A DNA stretch of 64,000 nt from Massalongia carnosa (taxonomy: Eukaryota): the NCBI GenBank assembly GCA_965645245.1, contig OZ287085.1, positions 992,001-1,056,000 on the forward strand, given 5' to 3'. Positions 49,801 to 59,149 of this stretch are shown here, one piece after another; the stretch's first letter is position 1; each line of letters opens with the position of its first letter. Below the pieces are notes generated by a model. It made no database searches and was not told the DNA's origin. It saw nothing but the letters and a program-made list of their open reading frames with translations. A program made the translations under genes and the position numbers.

Positions 49801-50129
49801 TCATAGTAGATGTTGTTTTGGTTGAGTAGTGCCAGACTGACGAGGTTCACTGGACACTGTGGAATGAAAAGAACGTTGTTCAGTATTAACACTGACGAGG
49901 GTGAGTCGTCCTGTAGTGCCAACGTTTTCCGGATCATTCCCCTCCCTGGAGACGTGCCATCTGATGTAGATCCTGCCAGACCTGTGGAGCGTGTTATGTA
50001 GTTGATGAACGACGGCCTGTGATTGCATACGTGCATGTCCGCTGCGCTGTCTAGTAGCCAGGTGTCTCTGTTGAGATGGTTGATGGTCATGACCTTCTGA
50101 GAGTGGTAGTCATGACCACTGTGAGTCAA
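46824..50129 (-). CDS. Copia-A pol (protease, integrase, RT, RNase H)
   Basis: WLLDSAAD, WHARLGH, integrase core, FVDD and YSDSDWAG in an open ORF of about 1100 aa. Confidence 0.92.
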   Translation of the reverse strand: MTHSGHDYHSQKVMTINHLNRDTWLLDSAADMHVCNHRPSFINYITRSTGLAGSTSDGTSPGRGMIRKTLALQDDSPSSVLILNNVLFIPQCPVNLVSLALLNQNNIYYDNVNWTLFNGISQNIIGYVPRVNTNFVLKTLDAPDVATHLMQTDESTFQWPNTSVYHTSAITDLSTWHARLGHLNLITCRAFLKRLDVSYSDNVNKDWYCSSCELGKATKIYNRTPQERATGIFQKVHSDLVGPIKPAGLLEEQYFFTFTCDASRYTHVYTGIKKSEWFDHLLTYYSLAQNKTGKSKPINIFRTDFGTELRSLKSDDWFLKEGITFEPSAPYSQEQNGVSERTGRTIMDMTRCTIIAGGIPDYLWTEVVLAMVHTKNVRPTNALSGKTPFEIYESKSPPLNHLRVLGSTVYVLIHEEERKGANSKSAKFLPRAQRGVLCGYDGCTIYRVFLEKDYRVIRVKDLRIHEDAISKDQTNVPTYEAIMTPDTVTPSKSTVISSPTTIPKRGRGRPRKHAQIEHALSLLSDTALDEPNHTPTYDDIDTEDPLVLLARTLEKEGSSGLEDYDALSQLDIAEPQTYHQAMKGPHSESWSRSMDNEHNSLLENETWTLVRTEDMEPNHTALSGKWVYKLKRDVNGNITRYKSRWVVKGYLQQYGVDFEQTYASVVKPMAFRLLFAIAAHHDLDIEQLDVVTAFLYGVIDQLIYVQMPKGYEKAGMICKLNKALYGLKQSPRLWYERLSEFLLTKLGLSKLHADHSIFSSSAGIRGPIVTSFVDDLNIIGPKGSPMISEVKKQLNIAFKMVDMGPISHYLGLKVERNRDNRTIKLSQSTYIEKVLEKFHMQNAKTTTTPMKEGSLFRNESQASESDIKQYQAIVGSIMFAMIETRPDIAYATSVVSRHAKNPGKSHMEAAKQILRYLSATRDRGITFGGGDLSIQGYSDSDWAGDKEDRKSTSGYVFMLNNGPISWASKRQKTVALSSTEAEYMALTLAAKETIWIRLLMTELGLMQDDATPTVNVLEREGAIASKGDNQSAIALANNPVLHSRTKHIDIQHHFIRNEVTEGRIDLTYVSTEHMVADGLTKPLTHVKFFSFIRQLHMNSSS

Positions 50130-51061
50130 CTGCTCACTGTGGGAGTTGTAGTGACTGTGGTGCCTGGAGTTGACGTGGTGACTTCTGGCTTGGAGTTCTT
50201 TTGTCTCTTGACCCTCCCTGATTCAGCCGTGTCTCCTCTCGCCCGTTTTAGATGGGGGAATTTCTGGAAACACTCATCTGGCCAATGTCGTGTTCTGTTC
50301 CTATTTACACACTCTGGAACGGTGCAACTTCCGATAGGTGCTCTACCTCTGTTGGAAGCGCCAGTGTGAAAAGCCTTGACAGTTAGGTTTCGTGCATAGG
50401 CTATGAGGATTTTTGTTGTTTCCGAAAGGTTTGTGGTGTCGTGCGTCCAGTCCCTGCGGAGTTGTGCAATGAGCGGGTCATACTTGTCTGTGCAGTTACC
50501 AAGCAGCATTCCCTGAAGTACAAACTCTATGGAGTCGACGTTCACCTTGACCTCTTCGATCAACATGCCCTTGATCTGATTGAAGGCACCGTCATACTCT
50601 GAACAGTATTGACTGACTGTGTCGAAGTCTCTCATCTTTTTCGTACTAACCCTCAAGATGACATCCGTGATGCTCATTGGTGCCACGTCCTGGAATCTAT
50701 TCTTCAGAATGGCCCACATCTCGGCAGCGGTCTTGTTATTGATGAGGTTGTAGTGACATGGTGCAACCAGTCCATGGATGATTCCAATAGCCTTGGTCAT
50801 CTCGGTTTTCTGTCTGTTCTTATCATCCCGAAGTTCTTTGACGAGGATGCTGGTAGTAAGACTGGCCGGAGTAAACCCTGATACGATGAGGCTCTCTCTG
50901 ATGGAGTCCAATGAGATCTCTGGTTGGATTTCCAGAATGGCTGTGTCACAGTTATTCTTCAGCAGAATACCTCTGGTGTAACTAGCCCATGCTGAGTAGT
51001 GTTCCGAGTTCTCTAGAAGGTGAGGCTTCTCTGTAGAACTGTTGATGTCAGGAAGAGACAT
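50126..51061 (-). CDS. Copia-A gag
   Basis: 311-aa ORF with CTVPEC...HWPDEC knuckle, paralogous to the Copia-B gag. Confidence 0.85.
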   Translation of the reverse strand: MSLPDINSSTEKPHLLENSEHYSAWASYTRGILLKNNCDTAILEIQPEISLDSIRESLIVSGFTPASLTTSILVKELRDDKNRQKTEMTKAIGIIHGLVAPCHYNLINNKTAAEMWAILKNRFQDVAPMSITDVILRVSTKKMRDFDTVSQYCSEYDGAFNQIKGMLIEEVKVNVDSIEFVLQGMLLGNCTDKYDPLIAQLRRDWTHDTTNLSETTKILIAYARNLTVKAFHTGASNRGRAPIGSCTVPECVNRNRTRHWPDECFQKFPHLKRARGDTAESGRVKRQKNSKPEVTTSTPGTTVTTTPTVSS

Positions 51062-51479
51062 GATGAAGTCAGATGAAGAGAGTCAGATGAAGATGAAGAA
51101 GAGGTCTCTAGTAAACTTCTGTAGATTGAAAGGTATCTAAGTTTCTGAGATTGGTGCAGGAGTAGGATGTGCACTGGAATGAATGGAGGAGATTGGGAAT
51201 ATGTAATCTAGTTATAGACAAAACATTTCCTTTCCTTTGTCATCAAACTGTGATGTTCCTTTCTTTGCCACAACGCTTGTACCCGCATGAAAGAACTCTC
51301 TTCAGATGGTGAAACTTTCACTTGGTGGTGTGGAGATAGGCTGTCGGAACCACGGTCCGACCGTTCCATTTAATAGGCCGGGCCTGTTAAATGGAATAAG
51401 GTTTTTTCCGGATTCCGAATTTCCCGATTGAGGCGTTCTGCTTAATTGAAGTCTGATTACTCCATCTGTATACGCGTAG

Positions 51480-52210
51480 ACTAGTCAGAAAGTCTGTTGA
51501 TGAATGATGCAGCAAGGATCAAACCTTGGAACTGAATTTCCGAAGTCTGTCTCTGGATCAAAGTATGTTGAGTGGTGATGCAGCAAAAGTCAGAATGAAG
51601 TCTGCCCTTGGGTCAACGTCAGTCATTTGATGATTCAGCAGAAATCGGACCCTGAAAGATAGTTTAGATGGTCGGTCTCTGGGTCAAAGTAAGTTGAGTG
51701 GTGATGCAGCAAAAGTCAGAATGAAGTCTGCCCTTGGGTCAACGTCAGTCAATTGATGATTCAGCAGAAATCAGAGTTTCATGAGTGGTCAAGGCCGCGC
51801 TGCGCGGTTTTTGAACAAAACTCAGTGAAAAGGTCTGTTCCTGGGTCAAAGTCAAATGAATGATGATGCAGCAGAGGTCAATCGTTGGAACTGGTCCACT
51901 GGAGTTCTGTCTCTGGGTCAAAGTCAAATGAATGATGATGCAGCAGAGGTCACTCATTGGAACTGGTCCACTGGAGTTCTGTCTCTGGGTCAAAGTCAAA
52001 TGAATAATGATGCAGCAGAGGTCACTCATTGGAACTGGTCCACTGGAGTCTGTCTCTGGGTCAATGTCAAATGAGTGATGATGCAGCAGAGGTCAAACCT
52101 TGGAGCTAGTCCACTGGAGTCTGCCTCTGGGTCAAAAGTCAAATGGATGGTGATGCAGCAGAGGTCAAACAATGGAATTGGTCCACTGGAGTCTGCCTCT
52201 GGGTCAACGT
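51480..52210. repeat. Tandem repeats (mainly about 72-bp units) in the Copia-A leader
   Basis: CTGGGTCAAAGTCAAATG...GATGCAGCAGAGGTCA...CCACTGGAG recurs at about 51841, 51913, 51985, 52056 and 52127. Confidence 0.9.
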
Positions 52211-53632
52211 CATCCTCCGGAGTGCCTCTCAGATATTCGGGCATGAGAGCATTCTGATGGTCTGATATGAAGAGAATGTCTTCTGATGCTTGTAGTCTGG
52301 CAAAGAGCCTCTCTGCTTATAATGTAGATGATTTCCATGCTCTTTCTGATAACCCTTTGTAGGTAGGGAACGCTGGATCAGGTGGCGTTGTTGTTAAACG
52401 TCTCTATCTGATTGAGAGGTTGTCATGATGTGCTTTCACGAAGCTGTTCAACTAGCTAGACTTGCGGGTGCGAATCCCGCCTGATTCAGGTCTGTAAACA
52501 AGTAGAGATTTAGTCTTTGCATTGTCCATCTAGTTCTTTTCGAGAAAGGATAATGATGCTCAGCTAATGATTTTGCATCGTGATGCTGCGGATAAGAATT
52601 GCTTCGATTCCTGTATGATCGATAGCGCCCTTCCGGGCTCATAACCTGTTGAATAGGTCTATGACTATGTAAAGATAGGGGCCTGTATGACCATGATGTT
52701 AAGGATGCAGAGTTGCTACGGAGTGCAGAGCAATCTGTTCCTTTTATCTTGGTCACCTCTGCTAAGCGAGATGATAATAGTTTATCCGAGCCTCTATGCG
52801 CTTAGATTAGATCTGATATTATCTAATCTATCGGCTAGGCAATGCTCAACAAGTAACGATCAAAAACCGTTTTTCACTTTCATTAATTCAAGGATTATTG
52901 AAGTGCTAGTTCGTGTCAATCTCGTTATATTGCTACTAAGTATGTTTGGGCTATTGCTCACAGCCCCCGGCCTCGAGAGGGGGACTCGATAAGGGCCTTG
53001 CTGTCTACTAATGTAAGACCCTCTCGCAGGCCTTGGGCTGTGAACAGACTCCCTCTATCTAAGCGACAGAAGAACTGGAGTGGGTGGGTGGGAAAGAAAA
53101 CGTTGCAAACAGTGCTATCAAAATGCTATGCTTTTTGATTGTCTTGAGATGTGAGATGATGAGGGATACCGTCTGGGACCTCCTCTTTATATATCTTCTT
53201 CCTATTCTCCTTGTCCTACTCTACCATCCCAGTATGCCCCATCAACGCGGCCCATAGCAAGGCATACACAAATCCGAAACCTAACTGTCGTCCGAAGGAT
53301 CGATGCGGTGCTAAGATCTCTATGCCGTGCTGAGACATCCTTATGGTGCTGAGACATCTATGCCGTCCGAGAGATCCATGCGGTGCCGAAATCAAAGCGG
53401 GAGCTGTCTCGATTAACGACGCACTAGCTCTCAGCATAGCCGAACTAGCTAGTTCGTGTCAATCTCGTTATATTGCTACTAAGTATGTTTGGGCTATTGC
53501 TCACAGCCCCCGGCCTCGAGAGGGGGACTCGATAAGGGCCTTGCTGTCTACTAATGTAAGACCCTCTCGCAGGCCTTGGGCTGTGAACAGACTCCCAATC
53601 CCCAACATGGAACGACCCGCTTGCGGTGTTGT

Positions 53633-54600
53633 TCAGGACCTAGTGACTGGATTGTGAGGTTCCGTGGGTAATGTTTGAAGGCGTTTTGAGGCGTTAAGAA
53701 GGTAAGTGGGGTGGGTTTGTATGTAAAGCTTGTATGCGTCTGACTTCCATCTTCCTAGCATCTGAATCTCGTCTTCGGTGAGTCCTGCCCGTCGCGCTGT
53801 TGTTGCCGCACCTCTTCTGAACGAGTGGCCAGAGAAATTTCCTATATAGCCCAAGTTCCTTAAGGTGGATTTCATCGCTGTTGTAATGTAGTCTCGAGTG
53901 AAGGACTGACCGTTTTTAAAGAGTGGTGCGGCCGGAGAACTTGGGAATCGCCTATATAACTTTGTAAGAGAAGCTAGTGCACAAGCAACATCGTTGGTAG
54001 CCGCAATTGTCAGTGTTATGCCTCGGCGAAAGGGATCGGTTTTGGAGACTGGTAGAGAGAGCTGTAGGTGATCTGCTTCGAACCTAATAGATTTTCTGGT
54101 GAGGTGCCATTGATCAAAGCTTGGGTCTAGTACATCTTGCGTTGTGTAAGTAAATTCTCCGGCTCGTAAGAAGCCTGCAAACGCTAAGCAGTACGCCGCA
54201 TGTAAATTTGCGCCTTTCTCTTTCGTTTGATCAAGACGACTTAGCAATTTGATTAAGATCTCTCTAGTAATTGGTAACCTTTCACGTTTCTCGGCTTCAC
54301 CGTTCTTTCGCGAGGCCCATATCTATCTGGCATGATCTTATGCCCGTCAAGTAGCTCTTAATAGTTTTTGGTTGCAGGCGTCGTTCACCCAACGCTGCGA
54401 TCCACGAAGACAGCGTCCGGATGTTGGCTGGAAATGGTGGCGCGTTGAGGTTTACCCTACAGTAAAGAACGTATCCCTTTCTTGCCGTTGTGTATAAAGA
54501 TCTTGTCTTAGTGGCCAGGCCCCACCAGAGGTATCGTGCTGCGATTTCGTCTAGAGGTACCTCACTGTACCAAGATGGGGGTGGATCGCGTCCTATATTG
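53633..54600 (-). pseudogene. Tyrosine recombinase of YR-2 (frameshifted)
   Basis: FLRAGEF, SKTD, GHSFRRGAA and LGRWKSDAYKLY are present, but a deletion near 54310 disconnects the N-terminal domain. Confidence 0.75.
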
Positions 54601-56164
54601 CTGAGGGTAGAGCCTGAAACTGAGGGATTTTGTCAGCCAGTTTCTTCAAAAGTCCTCTAGACAAGAGATCAGCAATATAATTTTCTTTGGATGATATCCA
54701 TCGCGCTTCTATCTGGATATCATGTAATGCAGCTAGCATTGTAATTGCCCGCAGGGCATGCATTGCTTGGCCTCGTATAGAGGTTTTATTCACTCCTTTC
54801 GTGACAGCGTAGCTATCACAATAGAGGATTAAATGACTACCCTTGCATATAGGTAGCCACTTTTTCATAGCTTGAAGAATTGCTGTCATTTCTTTGACGT
54901 TGATATGCTTTGCCCTAAGGCGCGTAGTAAAGCGTGTGCTAAAAGCCTGCCGGGCTGCTTGTATATTATGCAAATTTTGATCCTCGCTGAGGATAAAGCC
55001 GCCCATACCATATGAGCCGGACGCATCTGTCCATATTCTCATAGTATGTCTAGTACGGTTGAGCAGATGTATGCCATTCCATTTAGGTAGGAAATGATGC
55101 CACCATAGAAGATCAGCCCTCATGTCCTTGTTAAGATGGATTAGTTTAGAGGTTACGCTTGCCGTAGCATTGAAAAGACGGCGTAGAAAGGCTCTTCCTG
55201 GTTTTACCACTCTGGCTGCAAAGCATAAGAATCCTAGAAGAGAGTCGAGTTCCTTCCTGGGTATGGCTTTTTTATTCAAAGCTGCCGATACTAGGGTCTT
55301 TGCTTTTAGTAACTTTTCGGAAGGCAAGCGTGCTTCCATGAGCGCGGTATCGATTTCAATGCCGAGGAAATCGCAAGTCGTTCCAGTTCTGTTCTTTTCG
55401 AGCTTGATTTTCATGCCAAGATCTTTACAAATGTTGTGGAAAACTTGATCAAACTTTTCAGCATCTGGTCCGGTGCTGACTATTATTAAAAAATCATCCA
55501 AGTAATGAATAGCGTCTTTCCAACCACAGTTGTACAATATCCAGTTGATACCCTTCGCGAACAGATCAAAAAGGAACGGCGACGTTCTCAGCCCAAAGGG
55601 TAAGTATTTATCCATCCAAAAGGAATCCTGCCACTTGAAACCTAGTAACCACCAATCGCTTTTTGCTACTGGTATGTGGCGAAAAGCGTCCGCAAAGTCT
55701 CTTTTAATAAGAATACACCCTGGCCCGCGTTGCTCAATCAACCTAATGGCTTCGTCGAAGCTGGTATATTCCAGGGAGCCCCAGTCTTCCGGTATGTGGT
55801 CGTTGACTGAGCTACTCTCCGGATACGATAGATGATGGATTCGCCGCCAACCACCGTTAGCCTTTGGTACAAGGCCTAATGGGGAACATATAAAGCAAGA
55901 AGGAATGTTGTTGACTTTCTCCAACCGATTACTAGCTATTTGTTCTTCGAGGTCATTGGTAAGAACTTCCGGTGCCTCATTTGCAGAGGCAAGATTATCG
56001 CTAATAATGAGTTGATGTGGTCCTGTATAACCAACTTTGGCACCGTAGGTGATGATATCGATAATTGTTTGTGTGTAAGTGCGATCCGGGTGATTGGCCA
56101 AATGTTTCTCCCAGCCTTCTTTCTTCAATGGGCCCGGTGGGATCTTTGTTAGATTGTCCGTCAA
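54593..56164 (-). CDS. RT/RNase H of YR-2
   Basis: SPLGLVPK, LPFGLRTSP, HYLDDFL, WTDAS and YCDS in an open frame. Confidence 0.88.
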   Translation of the reverse strand: MTDNLTKIPPGPLKKEGWEKHLANHPDRTYTQTIIDIITYGAKVGYTGPHQLIISDNLASANEAPEVLTNDLEEQIASNRLEKVNNIPSCFICSPLGLVPKANGGWRRIHHLSYPESSSVNDHIPEDWGSLEYTSFDEAIRLIEQRGPGCILIKRDFADAFRHIPVAKSDWWLLGFKWQDSFWMDKYLPFGLRTSPFLFDLFAKGINWILYNCGWKDAIHYLDDFLIIVSTGPDAEKFDQVFHNICKDLGMKIKLEKNRTGTTCDFLGIEIDTALMEARLPSEKLLKAKTLVSAALNKKAIPRKELDSLLGFLCFAARVVKPGRAFLRRLFNATASVTSKLIHLNKDMRADLLWWHHFLPKWNGIHLLNRTRHTMRIWTDASGSYGMGGFILSEDQNLHNIQAARQAFSTRFTTRLRAKHINVKEMTAILQAMKKWLPICKGSHLILYCDSYAVTKGVNKTSIRGQAMHALRAITMLAALHDIQIEARWISSKENYIADLLSRGLLKKLADKIPQFQALPSAI

Positions 56165-56209
56165 GGTGTATGGAAAGGACTCCGCGATGGATAAGAATGG
56201 GGCGGTTAG

Positions 56210-57364
56210 TCATTGCCTTGATGGGAGAGGCATCGAATTTGGGTTAGAGGGTTGATTTTTTCCATTTGTACAGTCCATCGCCCGATGTTGCTTTCCACAT
56301 TTCTCACACACATGTTGGAATCTACAATATACGGGACAGTCTTTGCCATAGTTGTATTTCTTACAGATAATCTTTTCGCCTGAGGTTTTGAAAGCCGTAG
56401 AATTATCGTCCGGTTTTGCAAAGTAAGCGGACGGTTTCCGCACAAGATGCCTTTCCAAGGAATGGTCCATTTCTTTCCATCCATCCGGGTTGTCAATCCC
56501 GCGAAAGGCTCGAGATTTGTGGAAATTCAAATGAAAGATGCGAACCGAGTCCCAGGTGTAGAAGGCGTATAATGATAGAAGATGGTCCTGATAAGCCATG
56601 AAGGCTCTCATCAGGTTTATCTGGAGACCGGGGTGTGCAAAGTGTAGTAGTATCATCCAATATACCCCGAGACATCGTATCAAATGAACTATCCCTTTGA
56701 TATCTTTTAAGGAGCCATCTTCTTCTCTCGTGGCGATTTCCAGACCTTCTCCGAGTTTGACGTATCTAGAGTTGGTTTGAACTCCGTCGATGTCGGTACA
56801 TAGCTTGGTAATGTTGATTGGGTCAAACGTATTCTCGGAGATTTGCTTTATCCATATGGGCTTGATAGTGGGATATTCGTTCATAAGAGAAACAAAACGA
56901 GGATCCATACCTTCTGTATACAATGAGTTTGGTCGATGCGGTGGAAATGATGTCGGAAATAATAGGGAAGGCTGTTGAGCTGAGGCTACTGGCCCAGGGA
57001 CCACGTCTCGGGCACGTGCTTGTTGGGTTTCGATATCCCGCCTAAGACTTACTCTTTCTCTTTCCTCGGCTTCCCTGCGGGACATTTCGCGTTGTGCTCT
57101 AAGTTCAATAATGTCATCAGGGGTGCGAGAACGGGTTTCCGGTATAACAGGCCCTTGTGAGGAGGAATTAAACGCTGAAGATGGAAGAGGAGAAGGTTGA
57201 GGATGGCTTTGAAGGGTTGCCGTGCTGTCTTGTGAGTCGGGTACTTCGACGTCTGGGTTGGAGTTGACTAGATTTGCCCTAGCTCTAGTTCTAGTACGGG
57301 CTAGAGTGCTGCCTTGTGTGCGGGAGGTAGGCTTGGTGATTCTGTTGGAGATGCGGGTGGCCAT
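56210..57364 (-). CDS. Gag-like ORF1 of YR-2
   Basis: MATRISNR start and C-terminal CKKYNYGKDC...CRFQHVCEKCGKQHRAMDC. Confidence 0.78.
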   Translation of the reverse strand: MATRISNRITKPTSRTQGSTLARTRTRARANLVNSNPDVEVPDSQDSTATLQSHPQPSPLPSSAFNSSSQGPVIPETRSRTPDDIIELRAQREMSRREAEERERVSLRRDIETQQARARDVVPGPVASAQQPSLLFPTSFPPHRPNSLYTEGMDPRFVSLMNEYPTIKPIWIKQISENTFDPINITKLCTDIDGVQTNSRYVKLGEGLEIATREEDGSLKDIKGIVHLIRCLGVYWMILLHFAHPGLQINLMRAFMAYQDHLLSLYAFYTWDSVRIFHLNFHKSRAFRGIDNPDGWKEMDHSLERHLVRKPSAYFAKPDDNSTAFKTSGEKIICKKYNYGKDCPVYCRFQHVCEKCGKQHRAMDCTNGKNQPSNPNSMPLPSRQ

Positions 57365-57836
57365 TTTTGGAGGAGAGGGATTTGAATAGAGTAAATTTAA
57401 GTGTAGTGGTTGTATAAATTTGAATTGGGTGAAAAGAAAACGTTGCAAACAGTGCTATCAAAATGCTATGCTTTTTGATTGTCTTGAGATGTGAGATGAT
57501 GAGGGATACCGTCTGGGACCTCCTCTTTATATATCTTCTTCCTATTCTCCTTGTCCTACTCTACCATCCCAGTATGCCCCATCAACGCGGCCCATAGCAA
57601 GGCATACACAAATCCGAAACCTAACTGTCGTCCGAAGGATCGATGCGGTGCTAAGATCTCTATGCCGTGCTGAGACATCCTTATGGTGCTGAGACATCTA
57701 TGCCGTCCGAGAGATCCATGCGGTGCCGAAATCAAAGCGGGAGCTGTCTCGATTAACGACGCACTAGCTCTCAGCATAGCCGAACTAGTTAATACGCTAG
57801 CTGATCTTTATTAAATTCGACATTCGGGACGCCTTC

Positions 57837-58098
57837 TGTCATGGTGTGAATTTGAACTTCCATCTACCATTAAGGCTTAGCTCGGTCGCACGGACCAGCT
57901 CGTGTGTTGCCTCTCTTCGGCACTGCTGCGGTCTAACCGCATTGGGCTTAGGATACCATTCAGGAGGCATATAGGAAATCTCTGCAAGTAAGCAATGCTT
58001 TTCTCTTCGTGTTCGTCTTGTCTAGCTATCATGTAGTATACTTCGTAAGAAAGCACTATTCACAACATGGATAGGACCTCTGCCTACAGACCGTGACA
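57837..58098. repeat. Solo LTR in the Gypsy-C RT
   Basis: TGTCATGG...CCGTGACA with TSD CCTTC/CCTTT (one mismatch). Removal restores DIRDAFNSIRI. Confidence 0.75.
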
Positions 58099-58119
58099 CC
58101 TTTAACTCTATACGCATTA

Positions 58120-59149
58120 TGTAATGGGCTACGAGACCAGTAAGCTTATCACGAGCGACACTGATCTCGAAAGGGGAAATGCTCAGCGTGAGAGGAGGAA
58201 GATAGCTACTACGTGCTAGTCTCCGAGAGTATACGTGATCCAAAGAACTAATGGATGTGGAAGTGCTTAGACCAAGAGATCTCGTCCGAGACCCAAACGT
58301 AGGTTGTTCATAGAATAAAGACTAATTGCTAACGAATACTACAAGATTCGTTCTGATATTTATCCTACTCACCCCAAGCCTATAGCCTTGGGAGCCTTGG
58401 AACCTTAGGAGCCTTGCAAGCCTTGGGAGTCTTGCGAGCATTACAGCCTTGCAATCCACATCCGACTTTATCGCATTACATCCAACCATCCCTCAGGATC
58501 CATCCACGAACTCGGCGTTCGCTGGATCATCTAGTCAGCCTCGAGCAGCCTTCTAGACCTTCCCTTGCAAGGTAGAACAATTCTACCCCCGGCTAGATCC
58601 CTCACTACATGCCTCAGGCTATGTAGCTTCATTTCGCCGTCACCACTACCTAGTGATGGAAGGTTACCTCCGACTGAATACCTCGCTACAATGCGGACCT
58701 GCCTCTAGACACAAGGTCTAGACAACGAGGTCATGTAGGTTCATTCAGCCGACATCACTACCAACGTAGTAATAAAGGTTGAAGCTGAAGTTTACACCGG
58801 GGAGCCTAGCTCAAGCTGCGTCCAGCGAGCCGTGCCTCCTGCTACCTCTCTTGAACCATCAAGAGATCCAGTAGCTCCGAGTAGGCCAGTAGATCCCATA
58901 TAGAGTTCCTTGGCGTCTCCACAGGAGTCCGCCTTACACTCCATGGCAATCTACCACCACGGCCTCGACAGGTGTTTGATCTGTAAGTAGTCAAGAACGT
59001 GATAACAATAACTCCGAAGTTTCGGGGCAAGATGGCAGTGTGTCAGCCTCGACGGCTTATGCGACTTCGTACTACGGCATGGTCCACGCTAGTTAATCCC
59101 GCAACCGCCATAGGCGATCACGTATCCCTCTAGCGCCATCCGTATTACA
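58120..59149. mobile_element. LTR-type insertion (long solo LTR or internally deleted element)
   Basis: TGTAAT...ATTACA with 5-bp TSD CATTA. Removal restores RIRTGDE.KTAFRCRYG. Confidence 0.75.

Larger units (their letters stand above)
46540..52851 (-). mobile_element. Complete Ty1/Copia element (Copia-A), young
   Basis: LTRs 46540-46761 and 52647-52851 look identical except for a 17-bp indel. TSD AGTAA, PBS GGTTATGAGCCC, PPT GAGGGAGGG, open gag and pol. Confidence 0.95.
52906..57788 (-). mobile_element. Ngaro-type tyrosine-recombinase retrotransposon YR-2 with complete split direct repeats
   Basis: A1 57433-57788, gag, RT/RNase H, YR, B1 53449-53596, A2 53093-53448, B2 52906-53053. Confidence 0.92.

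Noticed and set aside
51480..52210. Repeat array and the repetitive ORFs over it
   Set aside because: Minisatellite in the Copia-A leader. The ORFs are by-products of the repeat.
52455..52490. tRNA T-arm-like GCGGGTGCGAATCCCGC
   Set aside because: No full cloverleaf could be built and the TTC loop is imperfect. At most a fragment inside the Copia-A leader.
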